Source: Eledone cirrhosa (Eukaryota). From it: a stretch of 64,000 bases of DNA. Both the position numbers and the translations under genes were made by a program. Below, in pieces: positions 1 through 11,739 of the stretch. Positions within the stretch are counted from its first letter, which is position 1. The number at the start of each line of letters is the position of its first letter. The DNA lies in the NCBI GenBank assembly GCA_964016885.1, contig OZ024742.1:154752001-154816000 (forward strand), in the 5' to 3' direction. The notes beneath the pieces were generated by a model. It saw only the letters and a program-made list of their open reading frames with translations. It had not been told where the DNA came from and made no database searches.

Positions 1-3000
1 TTGCCACCACCAACATTGGCCAACTAGGGGGGAAACGAAGATATATCTCCCATTCCACCTCCCCCCAAAAATACACACATGAACAAAAACACAAACACAT
101 AGACACAGATACCCTTACAGCCACAGACCTCCCATCTTCTAGTAATGGAGATGAGGGGAAAATTAAATCCCCCCCCAAAACAAAAAAGAAAACACAGAAA
201 AAAACCCACAAAGCACAAAAACACCAACAATAAAAAATGTATACACCGCACCAACACAATCACCATCACCAGAATTCCCAGAACGCAAACAACCTAAAGA
301 GACAGAACAACAAAGACACACAGAAACAACCGAAACCGCAAACAGCACACTCACAACAACAAAAAAAACCTTGCCACCAAGGTCACGCATACAAATAAAA
401 TCGTGCTTGTAAAAATCGAGCACATTTCGCGTGCGAATGTCGCTCGATTCTACAAATGATTTCGAGACAGATTTCCTCGGGACGTGGGAACCCCGAACTT
501 CAAACCCACATCCAGACTTTTAATGGGGTTCCTAAAAGAAATCCCACTAACAATGGAGGTGGAACCACCCGAACTTCACAAAAGCCCGGCTGGTAAGTAA
601 ACCTTTCCTCTCTCTTTTAGCCTACTAACATGGTCATATTAAGAGTAGGTAGTTTAAATGCTCCAGGATTGGGGACATCTTGGAAGCAGGGTCGCCTGCT
701 CAACGACTTCAGGTCTCTAGAAATGGATGTAATTGCCGTCAGCGAGACAAGGATTTCCAAATCACACGCACTGGGCCACATTTTCGACGACTATCAGATC
801 TTCCCATCCGGGAATGTGATATGGGGTGTCAGAGCTGTTTAGGAAAGGCCTGGATCTCGAGGTAATGTCGATCTTCCGGAACCTGGACGGTAAGTTGGTG
901 GTCCTGGACGTGTACAATAGCAATCGTAGTGTCTTTAGACTGGTGGCCATCTACGCCCCTACCGTGGAGGGTCAGACTACTTCAGACTCCTGGAAGTATT
1001 TATAGGTACGTCTCGCCCTCTACTGTTAGCGGGGGACTGGAACGGCATCTTTCACAGACGGTGGGACTGTGTGAGATAGGAGTATCCGATAGGAGTGGGA
1101 AGTGCAAAAGCCACAAGTACCTGATCAGCCAGTACCAACTTTCTTACAGGTACCCACTAGATTTCCCTAATGCACCAGAGCGGACCTGTAAAAATAGCAT
1201 AGGTTCGTCTAGATCGTATATGGGCTGGATTTTCATTAGGAAAATTGATAGAGATTGTGTAGGCTAGATAAGACGCGTAGGTTCGGACCTAGTTACTGGA
1301 AGCTGAACATGCCATTTCCGGCACGTAAGGCGTAAAAGGACCGGGTCAATAATTTAGTTAAGCAAAAGTTGACAGGTGGGGGTGTCTTCAAGAACAGATG
1401 GGGAGTTTGCCTCAAAAGAAAGTAAAGAATGTTTTCGATAGGTTTAGCAAAGAAGTAGCGTTAAAGAAAAATAGAAAAGTTGGGGAAGCTGGAAGCTATT
1501 TGACGAGGCTATTTGAAGTGGCATTGCAATGGAGGTTCTAGCGGTGAGAATGGCATTAGACTATTTCTTAAATGCGAAACATGAAGGTTACATTGTCAGA
1601 GATAAGGCGTGTGCTCTGAGAAACGGGGGAACCAAAGCTGTCCGGTAAGCCCGCGTGGCAGAGGAGCAGCGTGGTAATAATACCACAATTCGGTCTTTGA
1701 CGGACAGAGACGAACACAAGCTGAGGGATTCCATGCGGATGTGTGAGGCGTTTTAATAGTACTTTGCTCGGTTTTCGGGGGAAGTGGCGGATCAGAGACG
1801 GTAGCAGAGTTCAGTCCTCACCTCGATGGCTTGCTGTACCTCTCGATGGCCGACGCTGAGCACTTCGAAAGGTCGATAGTTTCAGCCGAAATTCAGGATA
1901 CCCTTTTCGGCTGCACGAGGCGCAATTCACCCAGATGGATGGTCTGCCCTACGAGCTTTACGTTACTATGCCAGATTTGTTCTCCAAATACCTCGAAGCA
2001 CTCTACTGCAACTGGCAGCAGAACGGGAGTATTCCCAGTTCTATGAGCCGGCGCGTAGTAACGCTGATAAGGAAAGACGAGAACAAAAGGGACACATTAG
2101 ATAACTTCAGGCCTATAACTCTGTTCAACACAAAGTTTAAGATTTTGGCCAAGGTGTTAGGGAAGAGATTGGTGCTTGTCGTCGAGGATTTGGTTGGGGA
2201 GTCACAAACTTGCGCAATCCTGACCAGGTCCATACACGACAAACTCCACTTCATCATAGAGAGGGTAGGGTGTAAACCTAGCTTCGGTGGGACTGTGATC
2301 AATTTAGAGGAATTGTAAGCATTCGATATGGTCGACCCTATCTTTAGAAGCTGGATCGCTGTTATGTATGGTGGCATCTGCTTGGTGGTCAAAATTAATG
2401 GCCACTTCTTGGGACCGTTTCAGATCTCTGAATCGGTCCGTCAAGGGTGCCCTCCCTTCTCCCTTCTGTACGTATTGACTTTAGAGGCTCTACTGCGGAA
2501 GCTGGAGCTGTTGCAAGGCATCCTACTCGAATTGGGACGCGGAAAGGCTGTGTCGGCTTATGCGGACGATATCATCGGAAATCGAGGCGGACGGCATCTT
2601 ATAAGAGGATTATGAAAGGTTGACGGGAGCGAAACTTAACAAGGAAAAGTCGGTGGGCTTGCAGCGCGGTACATGCAGAGGGAATTCCATGCCGTGCAGC
2701 AGCGTCTTAGGGCGCTGGACGGACAGAGCAGTAAAGTTGCTCGGGGTTTGGTTCGGACCAGAGCCCCAGGTGGTTACGAATTCCAGACGAGGTGACGAGC
2801 ATGACAGCCAGTCTCACCCATAAATAGGCAGCGAGGAAGCTATCACTAAAAGGTTGGGAGGAGGTTGCGAATGCATACAACGCGACCGATATCTACTACA
2901 GCCTGACCGCCATGCCCTGCCCCTGTCCGCGCCTCAATAAGTTGCAAACGCTACCGAGGACACTGCAGGTTCGAGATAATCTCACGAGGCACGGAAGTTC

Positions 3001-3692
3001 TGTCCGACGGACCTGGCTGAGATGCGCGCAGAGTGGCGAAACCGTTCTGTACGCACTCATACAGTGTCCGTGCATTACTGACTTGTGGAGTTATGTCGAT
3101 CAACTATTTTCAAGTGTAGAAAGTATCGGAATATCGTCCGACTCCATAATGATGATCGACCTACCGCCATCTTTTCGCTAGGTAGAGCCGGAAATGTTCC
3201 TCTATCTGGTGGCAGTAGCGAAACAGATTGTATGGTGGACGAGTTTGAAAGGACTGAAGTCAGGCACTTTTCTTTTCGGTCAATCCCTCATCAACTTTTT
3301 CTAATTTCATTTGGAAAGAAAGGTGAGGGTAGAGAGAGATGTGCTGCCAACACCACACACCCCACTTCATGCCCAGTACATTACCTGAATTGTGGGTGAA
3401 TGTGAAGAAAATGGCCCGTGTGCGTGGGCCTGCTCTGATCATGTGCCTGTAGGCTGGAGAATTTGAGGAGGAGAGGGATGCCTTTCTCGGGTGTCCTCTA
3501 AGCGTCGGGTGGTTCAGGATTGGTGGGGTACCTGTGTCAACCCTGAGTGGTTATCCCCTATATTGGGAAATGTTCATTGTTGCATTTTTCTTGTTTATTG
3601 TTATTGTTTCCTACTTTTTACTCGATTTTTGTGTAAAAAAACCTCACTGGCACCGTCTACTGTATTGTCTGCTCTTCTGGCCAATAAATGAA
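1..3692 (+). mobile_element. Decayed Tx1/L1-clade non-LTR retrotransposon (ORF1 3' part, APE-RT ORF2, 3' UTR)
   Basis: ORF2 begins at 630 with MVILRVGSLNAPGL (APE motif) and DVIAVSETR. RT motifs DGLPYELY, NFRPITLFNTKFKILAKVL, VRQGCP and SAYADD lie in broken frames. The element ends at AATAAATGAAA plus an ATT-rich tail. Homologous to 15250-18700. Confidence 0.9.
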
Positions 3693-3714
3693 ACCATTAT
3701 TAGTGTTATTAACT

Positions 3715-3900
3715 GGCGGTGGATTGGCAGGTTTGGTAGAGTGGCGGACGCCATGCATTGACGCATAGAGTTACGGCCCTTGCCATTCTGAGTTCAAATC
3801 CCGCCGAGGTTAACTTTGCCTTACATTATTATGGGGTCGATAAAATAAAGTACCAGTAATACACTGGATAATTGTTGGCCTTGTGCCTAAAGTAGAAACA
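3715..3900 (+). mobile_element. tRNA-derived SINE (central domain resembling Meta/MESC type)
   Basis: A-box-like TGGCAGGTTTGG, B-box GAGTTCAAATCC, core GTTAACTTTGCC...GGGGTCGATAAAATAAAGTACCAG, tail TTGTGCCTAAAGTAGAAACA; about 12 copies in the window. Confidence 0.88.
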
Positions 3901-3930
3901 ATTATTATTGTTATTAATATTGTTGGAAGG

Positions 3931-4138
3931 ATGGTGAATTGGCTGTATCGGTAGAGCATCAGACACCGTGATTTGTGGTATATAGTTACATTCCTTTGTT
4001 TTCTGATTTCAAATCTCGCGAAAGGTTAACATTCCAACCCTACGAGTTTGATAAAATGAAGTACCAGTAACATAATCGTGGCGATTTAATAACATTCCCC
4101 TTTTCCGAAATTGCAGGCTTTCTGGCTAAATCAGAAAT
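3931..4138 (+). mobile_element. tRNA-derived SINE, diverged copy
   Basis: Same head, core GATAAAATGAAGTACCAG and tail as 3715-3900. Confidence 0.8.
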
Positions 4139-4192
4139 TGGTATTATTATAATTGGTGACTGACTTGTGAAGACTCATTATTGTTAACTTTT

Positions 4193-4370
4193 GGCAGTAT
4201 CGGTAGAGAGTCGGACACCATATTTTGAAGCATAGAGTTACGTCCCTTTACGGTCTGAGTTCAAATCCCACCGAGGTTAACTTTGCATTTAATCCTTACG
4301 GGGTCGATAAAATAAAGTACCAGTAATACACTGGGTAATTGCTGGCCTTGTGCCAAAAGTAGAAACAATT
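4193..4370 (+). mobile_element. tRNA-derived SINE
   Basis: TGGCAGTATCGGTAGAG head, GAGTTCAAATCC B-box, conserved core and tail. Confidence 0.88.
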
Positions 4371-4529
4371 ATTGTTAACTTTGAAGAGTTTGTTGTTTTA
4401 AGTCGTTTTGAAATGTAATTTGCAGGAATCTTTTGTTAAAACTGTCAATAAGCCGCCATAGATTGCACTCTGAAAAGGCGGCTCAAATACTTTAATTTTA
4501 ATTTTAATTTTTCAGGCCTGAACCGAAAA

Positions 4530-6420
4530 ACAAATGGGTGAGATACGCCCCTCCGATTCGAGTCAACTGTCAGTCGAAACTAACGCCACCGTCTCCACCA
4601 TCAGCAACGTCATATGTGTTACTACCACTACAGACAACAAAACCATCGTCGCCAACAACAGCGCAACAATGGCAACGATAGCAACAGCAGTAGATACGAT
4701 GGCAACAAAAATAAAAAGAAAAGGATAACAATTCACTATTGGAAGGCACCTGGACGGAACACTGGTTTGGGATATGTTTGGAAATTATGTTATATATTAA
4801 ACCAGGGAAGATAGAGAATATCCTGACGTCATACACCTAGACGAGAAATGGCGCTAAACGTGGTCATTAGGAGCAACAACACCTGTTGTCAATTCTGCAG
4901 AGAAATGAGACCCTTAAGTGAGTGTGCCCTCAACAGAAGACGCGGAACCACATAATACCGTTATTACCAACACCAGGCACTCAAAACCCACGACTACAAC
5001 TTCAGCAACTGTGGCACCAACAACACAACCAACAGCAGCAACAAATCTAAGAAAACTCCAATGAGCAAGATACAAGAATAAAACCTCCCAGGACGTCTGT
5101 CAAAAAAGCTCCCCCCCCCCTTTGTCTCTCCTCTAAATAAAAAATACATACTCCCAATAACACCCGAAACAGATTCCATATACACATCCACAACGAGGTT
5201 GACACAATTCGTAGAAACATATTTGGTGAAGTGCAAGGATGTGCAATCGCGACAATGTCCTTACACGACAACCTACACCTCATGCGATACATCATACACT
5301 GGACAGACATACCGGTGAAATTGTCTTGGTCCACGTCTGACTACACTGGCGCGGTTACACTTCCTGTTTTTATGAACGGGACATGTTCCACTAGACTGGC
5401 AGTCTATTTAAAATCAAAGCTCCCTACGCGGATGTCGTGGCAAGTCAAGGCTAATGATGCGAACATGTGCGTTGTAGTTACTGTATCTCTATATATTCCT
5501 GAACAATGAACAAATCTCTTTTCGGTATATCTCTTTTCGGCAAATCTCTTTTCCTGAGCTGTAGCCGTGGGACAAACGAAGGCCAATAGTGGGCGCCTGT
5601 CATCTGGATTATTCCAGGCACTCATTTCCATCTACCAGTTGCGCAACACGGTAAGTGGAACATTCAGTCCATACATCTACAGAGGGCTATGGAGAAATAC
5701 CAGAAATTCCTCGATTGACATTGCTACCGACGGGCACTGCTGTTTTAAGATAAATTCTACAGTAATGGAAGTGCAGTCGGAACGAGACGTCCGATGTGCA
5801 CACAAAGTATCGAAACCGTTCTGCACGCACTCGTCCAGTGTCTCAGCATTGCTGTATTGTGGAGCTTTTTCGAATAACTATTATCGAGTGTAGGATGGGC
5901 CGGCTATCGACCAAATCCATCGTGGAGATCGCGCCGGCGCCGTCTTTTGATCGGGCAGGGCAGGCAGTTTTCCTATGTCTGGTGCCTGTGGTTAAAAGAG
6001 CTTGGGTGTTGGGTGCAGCTAAAAGAACTGAAGACAGACACTTTCATCTTTCGCTAATCCATCATCAACTTTTTCAAGTTCCCCTTGGAATGGAAGGTGG
6101 GTTTAGAGTGGGAAGTGCTGCTTCGCAGTACATTTTTAGAAGTGGTATGAATGATGTGATGATGGCTGTGTGAATGGGCCTGTTAGCTTGATAGTTTGGA
6201 GATGAGAGTTGAGCCCTCGTAGGATGCTCTTGGAGAGCAGGGTATTTTAGAATTGGTTGAGTTCCTCAGTTACCCATTGGTAGTATTCCCCGCTATTTGG
6301 GTAATTTATTGTTATAATTTTACAGTTTGCTATTTGTTATATATTTTTAGTCGATTTTACTAAAACCTCACTGTTCCCGATTTTGCATTGTCCTCTATAT
6401 TTCGGCCCTTTTGGCCTACA
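4530..6420 (+). mobile_element. Heavily decayed, internally deleted Tx1/L1-like copy
   Basis: T/N-rich ORF1-like sequence at 4534-5330. 5790-6420 matches the ORF2 C-terminus and 3' UTR of the 1-3692 element (GAAACCGTTCTGCACGCACTCGTCCAGTG; SIVEIAPAPSFDRAGQAVFLCLV). Confidence 0.7.
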
Positions 6421-6999
6421 AATTATTGGTAGTGTAATGGTTGTTGTTGCTGGGTTTTGTTGCGTTTACGGTTGTTACATTGTTGACAATATTTTGAATT
6501 ATATAATATATACATTATTCGAAATACTGAATGAGATATCAACTTGGTAATGTTGTATTTGAACAACGTAATTACATTAAGATATGTGTGCGTGCGTGTG
6601 TGTGAGTATGTTTGTGTGTGTGTGTGTGTGTGTGCGTATGTATGTGTAAGTTAGAAAAATTTGATTTATATCTTCTAGTAGATTTCGTAAAGCAAATGAA
6701 TTTGTTGATTTGAGTGTGAAACTTCTTCCACCCCCTCACTAAGCTATTTATTTGCAGACATCTAATAATTTCGATAACTTTTTAATGGCTTATTCAGAGG
6801 ATAAAGGCAGCGCAGCTAAGAATTTTCGAGGGCCTATACGGCTAATGAGAGGGAAGAAGAGAAGGAATTAAACACGCTTATATATCTATAGTGAATACTT
6901 TCTATTCATGAGTATGCGTTAAACAATATAGCTCTTGGGTTAAGAGCTAGTATAGTTCCTGAGACTAGTTTTCACATATATTTCGTCTACAAAATAGCA

Positions 7000-7135
7000 T
7001 TCACTCTCTTTGGTCAATCCGAGGTTATAGTTCAAATCACTGTTCCTATCTGCAAAAGTATCCTACGAAAGACTTTCAATTGACCCTGAAACCAAACGAT
7101 TAAAAAAAAAAACTACTTAACCATGCAGCCATTTC
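7000..7135 (-). mobile_element. Degenerate CORE-type tRNA SINE remnant
   Basis: TTTGGTCAATCCGAGGTTATAG...CTTAACCATGCAGCCA resembles the reverse complement of an octopus OR-type SINE as recalled; very diverged. Confidence 0.4.
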
Positions 7136-8779
7136 CGCGACTGATACTTTTTTTTTTTTTGCGATGAATATACTATTGTGTTTTATTAATTTTATCAAAG
7201 CAAATTGTTGAATCTGAAATAGTGTATGCATTTATTTTGATTTGTCGACAATTTTTATAGATTTCATGAAACCTATATTCTGGACTTAGTTGTTTCATAT
7301 TTAATTTGTTTTTACACCACGACAAGGGTACTAGGAACAGTATGTGAACACTAGATTCAGGCAATACTTGGTCAATGAATGTATATAACTGAATACAAAA
7401 AACGAAAGCTTTAAAACAATTAAGGCTGATATTAGTGCAATAAACATCTGGTTAACTCAAGATCCAAAGAATGAAATAGATATTGGATTATAATTGTCAA
7501 ATGAAAGAAATATTGGAAATACAGCTTGATGAAACAATACAAAACGACCAAATATGATAACGATAGGGCAACTATTTATATTACTATCCTTTTATTCAAT
7601 TCATATTCAATACAAATCCAGAGCATGTATGCACAATTGATTTTCCTTTGCAGAACATTACAGCCGTTTATCATGATACGGTCATTTCGCAGGATATGCT
7701 GCTGCTTGTGTTGGTGTTGCATTAGGTTCTGTTGAAAATTTGTTTCCATATATGGAAAAAATATGCGACGTAATGCCAGTGTAACAATCCTACTAAGTGT
7801 AGCTTTATTTCAATATGAATATGTATTAACATGGGCGTGGTGTGTCCCTACTTCATTTTAGAATCGATTCCATGACCGAGATTCAGGACGCTAAGTCACT
7901 CAAATATTGTATTATCATTCTACAACCACTTCTACTACATATGTAATTAAGGAACCTTAGGCTTTGTAAACAAGTATTTCTTATGTCTGTATCGATTAAT
8001 GCAGAGTAAAGTTAGAGAGAAAATCCATGTCAATTTCGATATAACAAATCCAATAAAGTTGTTCATGCTGCCAATGATTTTGGCAACGTAATAGGTCCAT
8101 GTAAAAAAGAATCTTATTTTCGAAACATTTTTAAAAATGATGATAAATATATGTAAATAATTGAACGATAGCATGGTTTTCAAAACTGATTGATTAATAG
8201 CTAATAGCTAAACACGCTGTTCCAAAATTCAATGGATTTCAAATGTTTCTCTCTTTTTTTTTTTATTTAAAACAGGTTTATAACGAGGGAGCATATATGC
8301 AGTCACTCTATCTAATAAATATAACAGGCAATTGTTCCTCAAATCAAACAACAGCTTTCGCGTAGATATATATATTACAGGGTGCTTGAACTAGCGTGGC
8401 TTTACAAATACTCACATGAAACTACTAAATATATTAGTAAAACCCCTCAAATATCGTCCTACAATCATGGAATATGTGAGTGCAGATCGGGTGATACAAC
8501 TTCTACAGTGTGTATGAGAGAGTGAGGGATAAATAGAGAGATATAGAGATAGAGAGAGAGATAGTGAGAACGACATCCAGAGAGTGCAGTTTACAAATAC
8601 ATGCAAAATATATTACATGTAAGACGTAGCACATTATATATAAATTATCAACACATACCACACTTTGGAGTTAATTAAAAAATGCCGAGGTATGTTTAAA
8701 TATGAAATTTAGTAAATTAGTGTCTCACATATGACACTTTACTTAAATAGGTATATAAAACATTATTTCTCTTTCTTTG

Positions 8780-8950
8780 GGCGGCGAATTGGCAGTATCG
8801 GTAGAGGGTTGGACGCCATGCTTTCTAGCATAGTTTGCAGTCTGGGTTCTTATTCCGCCGAGGTTAACTTTGCCTTTCATCCTTACGGGATCGATAAAAT
8901 AAAGTACCAGTGATGTACTGGATCATTGCTGGCCTAAAGTAGAAACAATT
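8780..8950 (+). mobile_element. tRNA-derived SINE
   Basis: Head GGCGGCGAATTGGCAGTATCGG, conserved core and GTAGAAACA tail. Confidence 0.88.
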
Positions 8951-9023
8951 ATTTCTCTTTCTTTGTTTCTTTATCAATCTATGTCACACACGCACACAGA
9001 CACACACACACTGCGCGCACACG

Positions 9024-9090
<67 letters not shown>

Positions 9091-9174
9091 TCCGTATACA
9101 AGGATGCAATTCACTTCTGGCACTCAATGTCATATTACATCCTAAAAGCAAGGATGAGGGAGTTTAATGATAAA

Positions 9175-9238
9175 GAGGAAAATGCGAAGTTGAAGATGTT
9201 ATAATGGACCTGAACATCTTCAACTTCGCATTTTCCTC
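9175..9238. repeat. Perfect 26-bp inverted repeat (12-nt loop) next to (TA)n
   Basis: GAGGAAAATGCGAAGTTGAAGATGTT / AACATCTTCAACTTCGCATTTTCCTC, followed by TATATATA. Confidence 0.9.
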
Positions 9239-9670
9239 CTTATATATATATATATTCATATATGTTCATATATATTTACACTACACTATATAAAAATTCA
9301 TAAAGATCTCCTAGGCGTCCGTATAAACCGGTCTAAACTAGTCAAGATATTATTTCATCACATGGTTTCTATTTAGATTTGCATATATATATTGTTCTAC
9401 ATATAAACACAGACACACCACACACGACACACGCTGTTAAAAAATTATGAGAAATATCTGAAAATTTTGAAAACTGCCTGATTAATGGCTAATTGCTAAA
9501 TAAGCTGTTCTAAAATTCAATGGATTTCAGCTGTTTCGTATTTACTTATTTACAAAATGATTTTGAATAATCCAATGAGCTATAATCTACGCACACAATC
9601 GAACCAATACATATAGCGAGGACATTTCCTCAAATCAAAACATCTGCAGCCTCGTAGTGGTTCATATAGC

Positions 9671-9991
9671 GAGGGTGCGCGAAATAAATATGTATTACGG
9701 ATACATATCTACTACTTCTAAATTCATTAATCACATCAGCAAAAGTTCATAATCCAAAAGCCTTGAAGCTATCAGCTTTTTTTTTTTGTCTCAGAAACAA
9801 GGGAATACGTTCCTACTAAGACGGATTATTATGAATAACGGGTGCTGTCAAGTTCTTTCACTTTGTTGCTGCGGTACCTGTGACGTATTTAAAGTTTATT
9901 AAACAATCTCATAATGAAGCGAAAAGGATGATTGTTACATATAAAAAATATCATATATGGTTCCATATACAAAATTATTTCGTACCACCCT
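9671..9991. mobile_element. Probable MITE (Tc1/mariner-like TIRs)
   Basis: About 25-bp imperfect TIRs: AGGGTGCGCGAAATAAATATGTAT and ATACAAAATTATTTCGTACCACCCT. Confidence 0.5.
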
Positions 9992-10599
9992 ATGTCAGTT
10001 CTAATGTACGTAGCTTTGCAATGAGCAGCCAACATATACGATAGAACATATATGTACAGATATTAGACATAGCTCATCGAGACAATACTAATGTATATAT
10101 AGATAAACACATTGAAATTGCAGACAAATGAAGATTCTAACTTTAGTAGTGACATATATATGAGGCTTTAGAATATCATTTGCTGAATATTTTCTCTAAG
10201 CTCTCTCGAGCTCCACAGAAATATGTACGCGAAGAAGAAGCATATTTGTCTCTGGCTGACCAATTATGTAGACACATCTGGTGTCAATTAAGGATGTTGG
10301 TTATTGTTCCCATCTTCAGAAAAACACGTAAGTATGGCGTGTTTACGTGTCTATATTGTCATTGCTTAATTCTTTTCATATTATATAATTATTTTGTTAC
10401 ATATCTGCACACACACACACATACACACCACTCTCCACTTTATGTCAATCATTTAATTCCACTTCCTCCGCCTCCATCGCCTTTCTTGTCGTGCCTAGGA
10501 CTTCGAGATCTAGTCATCGAACTAGAAAAAAACACATCTATCGACGCAGATAAACTTTCACCTTTTTCAAAATTCCCCTCACTTATACCCGACTATATA

Positions 10600-11000
10600 A
10601 CCACCATATAACCACCATAGTTTACCTACCACCCCTAAAATTTATCCATACAATGAGACTTCTGCCTTCTTTAATTGGAACCCGCCAAACACTAAATCAA
10701 CAGCACATACAGCAGGCTTTAAACGCGCTGGTAATCATCGTGACTACTTACTTCACAGATCCCTCTACCTCGGATCTCATCAAAGCTCCCGAAGACAACG
10801 CCATACCTGTTCCGTTTACAGCAATATAACCAGACTCACTGGACACAAAAGCCACCACCTTAGGTTTCAAAGAGTTTCAATTGTATCTCTTTTAACATAA
10901 ACTTATGATTCATATACTCGATGTGGCTCGCACATCTACATAAGTCAACCGGGGCACAGGTTTGCAGATTGCTTCATCGATCACCGCCATTGCTTTCGCA
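10600..11000 (+). pseudogene. Old Penelope-like (Neptune/Poseidon-type) GIY-YIG remnant
   Basis: Manual translation gives FTYHP at 10621 and IYISQPGHRFADCFIDHR at ~10934, matching the PLE motif YIGQTGRRLxxRFxEH. Confidence 0.55.
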
Positions 11001-11653
11001 TCAGATACAATTTACCAGTCTCTTGATTGTTTCAGTCTTCTGAACACTTCAAAAACAACATACGGGTTTGGAGTATGTTCCTAAACAATCCAGACAACAA
11101 TTAATTTTCCTGTTACACACCTCCTACCCATGTGTATTGAACGCACAACACCAGTTCCTCCACACGTCCTTCAACCTATACGCACGTATTTTGTACGCTC
11201 ACACACTTCATATTTGCATTGCAACTGTTAACTTATCTTACATTATTCTATTTTACTGTCAAATCAGCCGTAATTTAGCAACCGTGTCAAAACAACCATT
11301 TATACATTTTCATCAAAATCCTGCACATACTTTGTTGTCAACTATATCTTGGCTTTCGTTTCTTAATGTTCTACAAATTTCTTCCTCTCTTAACCAAATA
11401 GGGAATGTTGGAAGAATATACCAGACATTATATGGACTGACATTCTCTCACTTCTATGTGTTCAGCTTAATTTTAAACGAATTGCGCCATGTTTTCATAT
11501 TTGTTTTATGTGTGTCTGTGTTCATACATACATACATACATGGCGGCTGCCACCTCGCTATGGAGTATGGCCATTGCACGAGAGAAAAAAACCCATAATA
11601 ATAACGATAATAATAATAACAACAATAATAATAACGATAAGAACAACAAAAAT

Positions 11654-11691
<38 letters not shown>

Positions 11692-11739
11692 GTGCACACA
11701 CATAAACATATATACACAGAAACACGCACGATAGCAATT

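Noticed and set aside
3715-3810. tRNA genes at SINE heads
   Set aside because: Only A/B boxes are present, with no cloverleaf, and they are always fused to the SINE core and tail.
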